A stretch of 64,000 nucleotides of DNA from positions 3,091 through 67,090 of the forward strand of contig CALXJJ010000003.1 of NCBI GenBank assembly GCA_944388605.1. The letters run 5' to 3'. This document shows positions 48,495 to 58,080 of this stretch, in pieces; within the stretch, counting starts at the first letter, position 1, and the number at the start of each line of letters is the position of its first letter. Below the pieces are notes generated by a model, which saw only the letters and a list, made by a program, of their open reading frames with translations, searched no databases and was not told the origin of the DNA. This DNA is from an uncultured Clostridia bacterium. Lineage in GTDB: Bacteria; Bacillota; Clostridia; TANB77; CAG-508. A program made the position numbers and the translations under genes.

Positions 48495-50819
48495 ATGAAC
48501 AAATACTTAAAAATATTAGAATTTGATAAAATATTGCAAATACTTTCTTCTTTTTGTTATAGTGATATTGGTAAAAATCTTGCATTAAATTTAAAACCTA
48601 GTTTTAATAAGTCTGATGTAGAATATTTGCAATTGGAAACCTCAGAAATGTATGATTTTATAATAAAAAAAGGAAACTTACCAATGTTTAATTTTCCAGA
48701 TGTTTCTGTATATTTTAAGGAGCTAGAAAGTGGGTATTCACTTAGTATTAAGGCTATTTTAGAAATCCTTCAAATACTAAAGCTATCATATAATTTAAAA
48801 AAAATATATGCTGAAGAAAATTTTTCTTCATTAAATATTTTATTTAATGAATTGTACTCTAACATTGGAATTATTGAAAAAATAAATTCTTGTATTATAG
48901 ATGAGAATACTATTAATGATTCCGCTTCTTCAGAATTAAAACATATAAGGATTGAACTACGTTCTTGTATTGGTTCTATTCGTAATAAATTAAACTCATA
49001 TATTCATTCTCATAGTAAATATATTATGGAACCAATAATTACTATTAGGAATAATAGATTCGTAATTCCTGTTAAAGAAGAATATAAACATGAAATAAAA
49101 GGTTTTATACATGATATTTCATCTAGTGGTTCTACTGTATTTATAGAACCTACAGATGTTTTTGAAATAAATAATAAAATTAGTTCTTTGAAAATAAATG
49201 AACAAACTGAAATTGAAAAAATTCTTTTTGACCTTTCTAAATTGTTCTTTCCTATAATTCAAGAACTAAAAAAAGACTTAAATTTATTAAGTACTATTGA
49301 TTTATTGCAAGCTAAAGTTCAATATAGTAAATTCATTTCTGGTGAGAAACCTATTATAACAGAGAAAAAAGTAATTTCTTTAATAGGTGCTAGACATCCT
49401 CTTATTGATAGGAATAAGGCTGTTCCAATTGACTTAGAAATAGGTAAAGATTTTTCTACATTACTAATAACTGGTCCAAATACTGGAGGTAAAACTGTAA
49501 CTTTAAAAACTGTAGGTCTTTTATGCCTAATGACTTATATAGGATTGCAAATTCCTTCAAGTGAAAATAGTGTAATTTATGTTTTTGACAATATATTTGC
49601 AGATATTGGAGATGAACAAAGTATTTCCGAATCATTAAGTACTTTTTCATCACATATTAAAAATATAATTGAAATACTAAATACTGCTACAACTAATAGC
49701 CTAGTACTCTTAGATGAATTAGGTTCTGGAACAGATCCAATAGAAGGTGCTAGTCTTGGAATAAGTATATTAGAAAAATTACATTCCATTCAAATTATTA
49801 CACTTGTTACAACACATTATCCTGAAATAAAAAATTATGCTCTTGTTACAAATGGGTTTGAAAATGCTTCTTGTGAATTTGATATAGAAAATTTGAAACC
49901 TACATACAAACTACTTCTTGGTGTTCCTGGAAAAAGCAATGCATTTTCTATAAGTAAACGTTTAGGTTTATCAGATGATATTTTAAAAAGAGCCAAATAT
50001 TTTTTAAAAGATGAACATATTAGAACTGAAGAATTATTAAAAAATATATATGATAACAAAATTATAATAGAAAAAGAGAAAGAAAATATAGAAAAAAATT
50101 CTACTCAAATAGAATTACTTAGAAAATCTTTGGAAAATGATAAAAAGTTATTATTTGAAAAAGAAAATGAAATTATAAATAAAGCTAAACAGCAAGCTAG
50201 AAATATTATCATTAATGCACAAGATGATGTAAATAAAATTTTAAAAGAACTTAATAATAGTAATGATTTAAAAAAAGCCAATAAACTTAGGAAAGAATTA
50301 CATTCATCACTAGCTGAATTACATGATGATAATATTAGTAGCACTACTAATTCATCTATTATTGATCCTAAAAACATTAAAATTGGTAATTTAGTTTTTA
50401 TAAAAACTTTAAATAAAGAAGGAAAAGTTCTAACTCTACCTAATCGCTCTAATGAAGTTCAAGTACAAATTGGTAATGCTAAAATGAATGTTAAAATTGA
50501 AAATCTAAGCATTATAGAAAATCATATTAATATTTCAAAGACTTCATTTACTAGTATAAAGAAAATCAAAAAATGTCCTAAACTAGAAATTAATGTAATT
50601 GGTCTTAATGTAGAAGAAGCCAATTTTGTAATTGATAAATATTTAGATGATAGTTATTTATCTGGTCTTACATCTGTTAGAATTGTGCATGGAAAAGGTA
50701 GTGGAAAATTAAGAGAAGGAATTCATAAATTTTTAAGAAATCATCCTCATGTAAAAAATTTTCGACTTGGAACCTTTGGTGAAGGAGAAATGGGAGTAAC
50801 TGTTGTAGAATTAAAATAA
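48495..50819 (+). CDS. mutS2: Endonuclease MutS2 (MutS domain V plus Smr)
   Basis: Walker A GPNTGGKT, DELGSGTDP, and a C-terminal Smr domain (VRIVHGKGSGKLREGIHKFL). Confidence 0.93.
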   Translation: MNKYLKILEFDKILQILSSFCYSDIGKNLALNLKPSFNKSDVEYLQLETSEMYDFIIKKGNLPMFNFPDVSVYFKELESGYSLSIKAILEILQILKLSYNLKKIYAEENFSSLNILFNELYSNIGIIEKINSCIIDENTINDSASSELKHIRIELRSCIGSIRNKLNSYIHSHSKYIMEPIITIRNNRFVIPVKEEYKHEIKGFIHDISSSGSTVFIEPTDVFEINNKISSLKINEQTEIEKILFDLSKLFFPIIQELKKDLNLLSTIDLLQAKVQYSKFISGEKPIITEKKVISLIGARHPLIDRNKAVPIDLEIGKDFSTLLITGPNTGGKTVTLKTVGLLCLMTYIGLQIPSSENSVIYVFDNIFADIGDEQSISESLSTFSSHIKNIIEILNTATTNSLVLLDELGSGTDPIEGASLGISILEKLHSIQIITLVTTHYPEIKNYALVTNGFENASCEFDIENLKPTYKLLLGVPGKSNAFSISKRLGLSDDILKRAKYFLKDEHIRTEELLKNIYDNKIIIEKEKENIEKNSTQIELLRKSLENDKKLLFEKENEIINKAKQQARNIIINAQDDVNKILKELNNSNDLKKANKLRKELHSSLAELHDDNISSTTNSSIIDPKNIKIGNLVFIKTLNKEGKVLTLPNRSNEVQVQIGNAKMNVKIENLSIIENHINISKTSFTSIKKIKKCPKLEINVIGLNVEEANFVIDKYLDDSYLSGLTSVRIVHGKGSGKLREGIHKFLRNHPHVKNFRLGTFGEGEMGVTVVELK

Positions 50820-50850
50820 TGTTAAGAACAAAAGCGACATGATTAATTTA

Positions 50851-50969
50851 TATATTAGGAAAAGTTAACATAACTTTCCTAATATATAATAAATTACACT
50901 TCTTAGAAAACTTAAATATATACAGTTTAATTATATACTAGAAAAAGTTCTCTAAGAAGTGTAAAGTTT
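50851..50969 (+). repeat. Related multi-hairpin cassette that also serves as the mutS2 terminator
   Basis: TATATTAGGAAAAGTT-AACAT-AACTTTCCTAATATA hairpin, then ACACTTCTTAGA...TCTAAGAAGTGT followed by a T7 run. The core CTTCTTAGAAAACTTAAATATATACAG matches CTTCTTCGAGAACTTAAATATATATAG in copies A and B. Confidence 0.6.
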
Positions 50970-50987
50970 TTTTGTATTATATATTTT

Positions 50988-51764
50988 TTATTCTACTGGC
51001 ATTGCTGAACCATAATTTTCTGTAATCCATGAATTATAATCAAATGGTTCTACTGTTTCAGGCACACCATAATCTACTCCAAAAGTATCTACTGTTAAAC
51101 TTTTTATTACTGGTGGATTTACTGGTTTGTCTACACCCTCTTCAGCATTTTGATCTCTTGTTACAACTTCTACATTTTCAATTTGTTCTACTATATCCAT
51201 ACCTTCTATTACTTTACCAAATGCAGCATATAATCCATCTAAAGATTCATTATCTTCTGTCATAATAAAGAATTGTGAACCTCCTGAATTATATCCTTTT
51301 GTTGTTAATGTAGAACTTAAAGAACTATAATCAGCTCTTGCCATTGATATAACCCCTTTTTCATGTTTTAATGTGTTTTGATTAAATCCATTAGCAATAA
51401 ATTCTCCTTTTATATTATATTCTTCACTTCCACCATTATCTTTAATATCATTTAATGTTGGCGAACCTGTACCATCACCATTTTTATCTCCACCTTGGAT
51501 CATAAAATCTGGTATTGTCCTATGAAACACTTTTCCATTATAAAATCCTCTATTTGCTAAGCATATAAAATTTGCAACTGTATTAGGTGCCATATCTGGA
51601 TATAATTTTATTTTTATAGTTCCAAAATTTTCCACTTCCATTGTAGCTATCGGATTTTTTACTTCTTCTGTTAATTTTTTATAATAACCGTACCCTAAAT
51701 ACCCTAATGCACCTATAATAATTATTATTCCTATTATAATTAATATATTTTTTAAAATTTTCAT
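50988..51764 (-). CDS. Cyclophilin-type peptidyl-prolyl isomerase with an N-terminal membrane anchor
   Basis: APNTVANFICLANRGFYNGKVFHRTIPDFMIQGGD. Confidence 0.9.
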   Translation of the reverse strand: MKILKNILIIIGIIIIIGALGYLGYGYYKKLTEEVKNPIATMEVENFGTIKIKLYPDMAPNTVANFICLANRGFYNGKVFHRTIPDFMIQGGDKNGDGTGSPTLNDIKDNGGSEEYNIKGEFIANGFNQNTLKHEKGVISMARADYSSLSSTLTTKGYNSGGSQFFIMTEDNESLDGLYAAFGKVIEGMDIVEQIENVEVVTRDQNAEEGVDKPVNPPVIKSLTVDTFGVDYGVPETVEPFDYNSWITENYGSAMPVE

Positions 51765-51782
51765 ATTTAATCACATTCCTTT

Positions 51783-52859
51783 CTATAACATTACATTATC
51801 AAACACAAATTGTTCTTGCATTCTTTTTAAAGATTGTTTTATAGTTCTTGCTCTAATTTCACCTATTCCATCCACATCATCTAAAGCTTGTATATCTGCT
51901 ACTAATATATGTTGGAACGATTTAAAAGATTTTACTAGATTTACTACTATATTACTTGGCATTCTTGGAACTTTACTTAATATTCTGTATCCTCTTGTAT
52001 ATACTCCAACATCATCATAATTGTCAAAATCTTCATATCCTAATAATTTTGCTATTACTTGTGGTTTATTTAATTCCTCTAATTCTAACTGACTTATTTC
52101 TTCTAGCACCTTTTCTGTAGTGCGTTTTTTGCCTGTTGCAATATAATCTTTTATTATAAGTAGTTCCTCTTTTTCAAGTCCTCCAACTAATTCTTCTAAT
52201 TGCATTTCTACTAATCTTCCTTCTACTCCTAATTCATATATTGCTTTTTGCACTTCATTTACAACTTTCATTACCATCTCAGCTCTTTGAATAGCACTTA
52301 CTACATTTTCTAATGTAACTATATCATTAAATTCATATTCATTTAACAAACTTAATTTTCCATCAAATACTTTTTTATATTTTTCAACAGTTTGCAATGC
52401 TTGATTTGCTCTTGTTAATACTTTTGATGTATCTTCTAAAACATATCTGTAATTACCTTTAAATATTGTAATTATATTTCTCCTTTGAGATATACTTACA
52501 ACTAGTTCTCCTGTTTGTTTTGCTGTACGTTCTGCTGTTCTATGTCTTGTTCCAGTTTCTGCAGTTGAAATATCTGATGATGGAATAAGTTGTGCATTTG
52601 CATATAATATTTTCTTAAAATCTTTACTTAATATAATAGCACCATCCATTTTTGCTAATTCATATAATCTTGCAGGTGTATACTCTACATCTAAGCTAAA
52701 TCCACCATCTACTAAATCTAATACTTCTTTTGAATCACTAAATACTAATAGTCCCCCTGTTTTTGCCTTTAATATACTTTCTAATCCATCTCTTATAGCT
52801 GTTCCTGGTGCAATTAATTTTAAAACATCTGTAATAACATCGTTTTTACTATTTCTCAC
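51783..52859 (-). CDS. disA: DNA integrity scanning protein DisA (diadenylate cyclase)
   Basis: LKLIAPGTAIRDGLESILKAKTGGLLV...DGAIILS...GTRHRTAERTAKQTG, with a C-terminal HhH. Confidence 0.93.
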   Translation of the reverse strand: MRNSKNDVITDVLKLIAPGTAIRDGLESILKAKTGGLLVFSDSKEVLDLVDGGFSLDVEYTPARLYELAKMDGAIILSKDFKKILYANAQLIPSSDISTAETGTRHRTAERTAKQTGELVVSISQRRNIITIFKGNYRYVLEDTSKVLTRANQALQTVEKYKKVFDGKLSLLNEYEFNDIVTLENVVSAIQRAEMVMKVVNEVQKAIYELGVEGRLVEMQLEELVGGLEKEELLIIKDYIATGKKRTTEKVLEEISQLELEELNKPQVIAKLLGYEDFDNYDDVGVYTRGYRILSKVPRMPSNIVVNLVKSFKSFQHILVADIQALDDVDGIGEIRARTIKQSLKRMQEQFVFDNVML

Positions 52860-52875
52860 AATCAGGCCTCCTTAC

Positions 52876-54228
52876 CTATAATCCCAATTTATTAATTGCT
52901 TCCCCTATATTTCTAACGCTTATTATATCTAATTTATACTTTTCTTTCAAGAGTTTTTTATTATTTTCTGGAATTATACATTTTTTAAATCCCATTTTTT
53001 CACATTCCTTCAATCTTTTATCTATCATATTAATAGTTCTTATCTCACCTGTTAACCCTATTTCTCCCATAGCTACAACATCTTTTGGTATGCTTTTATT
53101 TTTAAAACTAGAAACCAATGCTAATGCAACTCCTAAATCAACTGCTGGTTCTGTTATTTTTATTCCACTTACTACATTAACATAGGCATCTTGATTACTA
53201 ATTGACATTTTTGCATGTTTTTCAAGAACTGCTATTAATAATGTAACTTTATTATAATCAATTCCATTTGCCACTCTTCTTGGTACTCCATAAACTGCAA
53301 ATGATGTTAATGCTTGTATTTCTATAAGTAATGGCCTAGTACCTTCCATACTAGCAACTATTATTGAGCCTGCTGGATTATCTTCTCTTTCTGAAATTAA
53401 AATAGAGGATGGGTTTGTAATTTCCACCATTCCTTCGTTTTGCATTTCAAACATACCTATCTCGTTTGTTGAACCAAAACGATTTTTCACACTTCGTATT
53501 ACTCTATATGAAAAATATCTTTCTCCTTCTATGTATAAAACTGCATCTACCATATGTTCTAAAACTCTTGGTCCTGCTATATTTCCATCTTTAGTAACAT
53601 GTCCTATTATTATTGTGGTAATAGCATTTGCTTTACATATTCTCATTATCCTTGCTGTTATTTCTCTTACTTGGCTTACAGTACCAGCTACTGATGTAAT
53701 TTCACTACTATACATTGTCTGTATTGAATCTATAATAACAAGCTTAGGATTCATATTTAGAATATTTTCTTCTATTATATCAATATCTGTTTCTGCTAAA
53801 AACATTATATTTTCATTTTTTATTTTCATCCTATCTGCTCTTATTTTTACTTGTTCTGCAGATTCTTCTCCAGAAACATATAATACTTTTCCATTTCCTT
53901 CAATTTTATCACATACTTCTAATATTAAAGTTGATTTCCCTATGCCAGGTTCTCCACCGATTAAAATAAGTGAGCCTTTTACTATCCCACCTCCCAAAAC
54001 TCTATCTAATTCTCCTATTTTTGTGCTTGTTCTTGCAATTTCCTTTCCCTCAATATTATTAAGTAAAGTTGGAACAGATTTAACTTTACTACTTGCTGTT
54101 TTTGTTGTATTTACTACTTTTTCTTCGTAAAAACTATTCCATTCATTACATGCAGGACATTTTCCTAACCATTTTGCAGATTCGTACCCACACTGATTAC
54201 AAACAAACACAGTCTTTGTTTTTGCCAT
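52876..54228 (-). CDS. radA: DNA repair protein RadA/Sms
   Basis: Zinc finger CNQCGYESAKWLGKCPACNEW, Walker A GGEPGIGKST, the KNRFG motif, and a Lon-like C-terminus. Confidence 0.95.
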   Translation of the reverse strand: MAKTKTVFVCNQCGYESAKWLGKCPACNEWNSFYEEKVVNTTKTASSKVKSVPTLLNNIEGKEIARTSTKIGELDRVLGGGIVKGSLILIGGEPGIGKSTLILEVCDKIEGNGKVLYVSGEESAEQVKIRADRMKIKNENIMFLAETDIDIIEENILNMNPKLVIIDSIQTMYSSEITSVAGTVSQVREITARIMRICKANAITTIIIGHVTKDGNIAGPRVLEHMVDAVLYIEGERYFSYRVIRSVKNRFGSTNEIGMFEMQNEGMVEITNPSSILISEREDNPAGSIIVASMEGTRPLLIEIQALTSFAVYGVPRRVANGIDYNKVTLLIAVLEKHAKMSISNQDAYVNVVSGIKITEPAVDLGVALALVSSFKNKSIPKDVVAMGEIGLTGEIRTINMIDKRLKECEKMGFKKCIIPENNKKLLKEKYKLDIISVRNIGEAINKLGL

Positions 54229-54467
54229 TTTTAATAATTAGCCTCCTTTTTTTGTATAATTGTTCAAAATATTCTCCACTTTTATTATCATTTTATCTAA
54301 ATATATAATGTTCATCTTTTTAAGCATTAAAATTATAATTGTTTAATTTTGATAACATTATAACACAGTTTTTTAAACAATTCTAGTTTATCTGTAGCTT
54401 TTCTCTACTTTTTAATATTTGCAATATTAAATTAATATATGGTAAGAAAAGTATAAAATTATAATAC

Positions 54468-54683
54468 AAAAAAATACCCCACGTTTAAGCCGTAAGATGA
54501 ATGAAATTTTAAGGACCTGCTTGCACAGGTGGGTGTCTTGTTGAATGCTTATGGGCTTCTTACTACTAAATAGTGTAAGCTTGCACGCCACATTCAAAGT
54601 CGGACTCCCTTTTAATATTTGTTGGTTCTAAAATTCCAGTCTACACGCACTTCGTAGGGAAATTAATAACTTATTTAATTGTT
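54468..54683 (-). ncRNA. Candidate stand-alone structured sRNA of about 200 nt (rod-shaped, 6S-like architecture)
   Basis: A G+C-rich island at 54477-54659 whose ends and successive inner segments pair. The minus strand has a promoter-like TTGAAA-17-TGTTAATAT (54718-54690) and a U7 tract directly 3' of the closing stem. The family is not confirmed. Confidence 0.4.
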
Positions 54684-54865
54684 GTTTATATATTAACATA
54701 TATAAAATATATTTTCAAGTCTTATTTTATCCATTTTATTTAATTATATTCGTTTTGTTCTATTTTTCTTATCCTTTTACTACTTTATTTAATTTTTTCA
54801 TTGTTTGATTTTTTATTAATTTTATGCTATAATATTTTTAATTATTGAGTATAAGGAGATTACTT

Positions 54866-55705
54866 ATGAAAAAAACAAATGATAACAATAATAACAAAAA
54901 AATTTATTTTAAAGAAATTGTAAAATCTATTTTTTTGTTGTTATTTTTTTTCGCTCTATGCTATATTATTTTTTCTGTAATAAACACACATATTTTAGCT
55001 AAAGATTTTGCTTATGATATGACTAATAAATATAATTTTTATTCTGAAAATATTTTTAGTATTGATAAAATATATTTTTTCAGTAGTGCAACTGCTGATA
55101 ATAATGAACAAAATAAAGCTTTATGGGATTTAAATATTCACCAATTTACAGATATAGCATTATATATTAATAATAACAATTCTCAGAATAATTTCACATC
55201 TGAAAATACAATCAACTCATTATCAATAGAAAACATTAATTTTAATAATATATCAATTGGAGAGCCAAATTTGTATTTTAAAAGTATAACTAATTTTGGC
55301 AAATATATTAAAGATGATAATAATTTAATAAACAATAATTTATCTTTTGAAATACTAGATAATACAAATGAAATAAATTATGAACTTCCTCAAATTCACA
55401 ATACATGTGATGAACCAATTACCTTATCATATATCAATTCAAGTATAGTAAAAAATAAAATCATTACAGATATTTCTGAACCTTTAACTTTCAATGGTAG
55501 CTTATTGAAAAAATCTGGAATTACTATTTCAAGTATATCTGGGGTTGTATCTTTTGATATTCGTATTAAAACAAATTCTAACAAAACATTTGTTGCTAAT
55601 GTATATTTTAGTGTTCCTCTTGGACAAAATGATTCTAATAATGTTTATTCAGGTCAGTATATATATGAAACTAATCCTAATATTCGTTTTATAAGACAAG
55701 AATAA
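54866..55705 (+). CDS. Hypothetical Asn-rich, membrane-anchored protein (279 aa)
   Basis: The ATG at 54866 follows AAGGAG. It has an N-terminal anchor IVKSIFLLLFFFALCYIIFSVI followed by a beta-rich Asn/Ser/Ile domain. No family recognised. Confidence 0.6.
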   Translation: MKKTNDNNNNKKIYFKEIVKSIFLLLFFFALCYIIFSVINTHILAKDFAYDMTNKYNFYSENIFSIDKIYFFSSATADNNEQNKALWDLNIHQFTDIALYINNNNSQNNFTSENTINSLSIENINFNNISIGEPNLYFKSITNFGKYIKDDNNLINNNLSFEILDNTNEINYELPQIHNTCDEPITLSYINSSIVKNKIITDISEPLTFNGSLLKKSGITISSISGVVSFDIRIKTNSNKTFVANVYFSVPLGQNDSNNVYSGQYIYETNPNIRFIRQE

Positions 55706-55732
55706 AGACAGATAATAAATAATTTTCTGTCT

Positions 55733-56617
55733 TTATTCTTTTAAAATTATATCCCTTTTTATAAATCCATTTTCCATTATTCCTGTTCCTATAAAAATTT
55801 TTCTACTATATATTTTATATACTCCATCTACACTCTTTTCTGCTAAAATTCCTTTTTCTTTATAGTTTAACTTTACACCATTTAATAAAAGTTTTATCTT
55901 ATTTTCATTCATATACACTGAATATTTATCATTAAAAAACTCTTCTATACTTATAATGTGATTTTCTATTTCACTTAAATTTTCTATTGCTTGTTCTATA
56001 CTAAATTTTCCAACTGTTAATCTTCGCAATTCTTTCATATAGCCAATAGTTCCTAGTTTTACTGCTATATCTTCACATAATGACCTAATATATGTACCTT
56101 TTGAGCAATGAACTTTAAATACTATTATTTCATTGTATTCATCTATTTGTTTTAATTCTATACTATATATTTCAATATTTCTCTTTTTATCAGCAATATT
56201 TATTTTTTGATTTTTTCTTGCATACTCATATAATTTCTTACCATTTATTTTTAATGCAGAGTAAATTGGTGGTATTTGTTCTTGTACACCTATAAAACTA
56301 TTTAAAATACTAATTACATTTTTTTGTTTAAATATTTCTTTACTAACCGTTTTTTCTTCTAAAATCCTACCTTCACTATCCATAGTATCTGTTTTTATTC
56401 CTAGCTGTAATGTAGCAATATATGTTTTATCATGCTCTATTAAATATTTACTCAATTTAGTACCTTTATTTATTAATAATGGTAATAATCCTGTTGCATT
56501 CGGATCTAAAGTTCCTGTATGTCCTACTGTTTTTGTATTTAAAATTTTTTTTACTTTTCTTACAATATCATAAGAAGTAACTCCTTTAGGTTTATCAACT
56601 AATAAAATTCCATCCAT
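55733..56617 (-). CDS. truB: tRNA pseudouridine(55) synthase TruB
   Basis: MDGILLVDKPKGVTSYDIV...GHTGTLDPNATGLL. Confidence 0.93.
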   Translation of the reverse strand: MDGILLVDKPKGVTSYDIVRKVKKILNTKTVGHTGTLDPNATGLLPLLINKGTKLSKYLIEHDKTYIATLQLGIKTDTMDSEGRILEEKTVSKEIFKQKNVISILNSFIGVQEQIPPIYSALKINGKKLYEYARKNQKINIADKKRNIEIYSIELKQIDEYNEIIVFKVHCSKGTYIRSLCEDIAVKLGTIGYMKELRRLTVGKFSIEQAIENLSEIENHIISIEEFFNDKYSVYMNENKIKLLLNGVKLNYKEKGILAEKSVDGVYKIYSRKIFIGTGIMENGFIKRDIILKE

Positions 56618-56632
56618 ACTTAATAGCATTCC

Positions 56633-57589
56633 TTATTTTAATTGTAATTTAATTTGGGTTACTAATTTTTCTTTTATTTGATTAATATCTCCCTGCATCA
56701 TACATCCTGCTGCTTTTGTGTGACCTCCACCACCATATATTAGACACACATCAGATACATTAACATAATCATTTGATCTTAAAGATGCTTTTATTCCTTT
56801 ATCAGTATCTCTTAGGAAAATAGAAACTTCTACTCCTTCAACACTTCTACCTATTTCAACAATACCTTCATGATCTCCACTTTTTGCTTCATATTTTTCT
56901 TCATCCTCTTTTGTTATATATGTAAAGGCAATTTTTCCATCACATAAAAATTCTATTCTATCTATAGCTATTCTTGTCAATTCAAAATTTGCTCTCGTTT
57001 TTGTATTCATAGCTTTTTTATATATGTCTGATACTAATACCCCTTTATTCAATAACCATGCAACAAATTCAAATGTCTCTGCTGTAACACTAGAATATTG
57101 GAATCCACCAGTATCTGTAATTATGCCAGTTAATATACAAGTTCCTATATCCTTTGTTACTTCCATTCTCCAACTTTCTAATAAAACTAATATTACTTGT
57201 GTGCAAGATGGAGCATTTGGAATTACATAATTATAATCTCCAAACATTGTATTTGTACTATGATGATCAATAACAACTTTAGATTTTGCATTTTCAAAAT
57301 ATTTTCCAAAACCATTAAGCATTTTTATTGTTGCTGAATCAACTGAAATAGCTAAATCATATTGTTTAATATCAGATTCTACTTTTATATTATTTATTTC
57401 TGGTAAAAATTCAAATGTTTTTGAATATTCTGGTATTATTATATCGGGATTTTTTCCATAATTTTTTAGTGCTATATACATAGCAATAGCACTACCCATT
57501 GCATCTCCATCTGGGTTTTCATGAGTCAGTATAATGATAGAATTAGCCTTATCTATCTCTTCTAATATTTTATCCATTGTCATATACAT
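56633..57589 (-). CDS. nrnA: DHH/DHHA1 phosphoesterase (NrnA-like nanoRNase/pAp phosphatase)
   Basis: HENPDGDAMGS, DHH in VIDHHSTN, and GGGH near the C-terminus. Confidence 0.85.
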   Translation of the reverse strand: MYMTMDKILEEIDKANSIIILTHENPDGDAMGSAIAMYIALKNYGKNPDIIIPEYSKTFEFLPEINNIKVESDIKQYDLAISVDSATIKMLNGFGKYFENAKSKVVIDHHSTNTMFGDYNYVIPNAPSCTQVILVLLESWRMEVTKDIGTCILTGIITDTGGFQYSSVTAETFEFVAWLLNKGVLVSDIYKKAMNTKTRANFELTRIAIDRIEFLCDGKIAFTYITKEDEEKYEAKSGDHEGIVEIGRSVEGVEVSIFLRDTDKGIKASLRSNDYVNVSDVCLIYGGGGHTKAAGCMMQGDINQIKEKLVTQIKLQLK

Positions 57590-57594
57590 TCCCC

Positions 57595-57960
57595 CTATTC
57601 TTCACTTTTTTTCAAGTCTTCTATAACTTTTTCTATTCTTGCTCCATATTCCATAGAATCATCTTTTTCAAATATTAGTTCTGGTGTGATTCTTAAATTT
57701 ATTCTTTTTGCTATTAAAGTTCTTACAAAACCTGCAGATCTCTTCAAAGTATCTATAGTATCTTTTTCACTCTTTGAATTCAAAATACTAACATATACTT
57801 TTGCATATTTTAAATCTGGAGTAATTTTTACTTTAGTTACACTTATTAATCCTGTTAGATTAGGATCTTTTATTTCATAACTAATTATTTGACTTAATTC
57901 TTTTCTAAGCTCTTCATCAATACGTCCTAGCCTAGCTTGGTTTTTCCCCATATTAATCAC
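57595..57960 (-). CDS. rbfA: Ribosome-binding factor A
   Basis: RIDEELRKELSQIISYEIKDPNLTGLISVTKVKITPDLKYAKVYVS. Confidence 0.93.
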   Translation of the reverse strand: MINMGKNQARLGRIDEELRKELSQIISYEIKDPNLTGLISVTKVKITPDLKYAKVYVSILNSKSEKDTIDTLKRSAGFVRTLIAKRINLRITPELIFEKDDSMEYGARIEKVIEDLKKSEE

Positions 57961-58080
57961 ATTTCCTTCCTTTTTAATTTTTTGTTAATTGTGTTCAATG
58001 TTAGAGCATAGTGAATTTTAATATTAGAAACAAAATTGCGGATATTAACTATATATTTTATCCGCATTTTGTTAATTAAT

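Noticed and set aside
54477-54659. I considered whether the G+C island upstream of radA is RNase P RNA, SRP RNA, tmRNA or a tRNA.
   Set aside because: It is too short for type-B RNase P and lacks GAGGAAAGUCC. The ACGGCUUA string alone is not sufficient. It has no SRP domain-IV motif (GGAAGCAGC), no tmRNA tag ORF or tRNA-like end, and no T-loop. I kept it only as an unclassified, 6S-like candidate.
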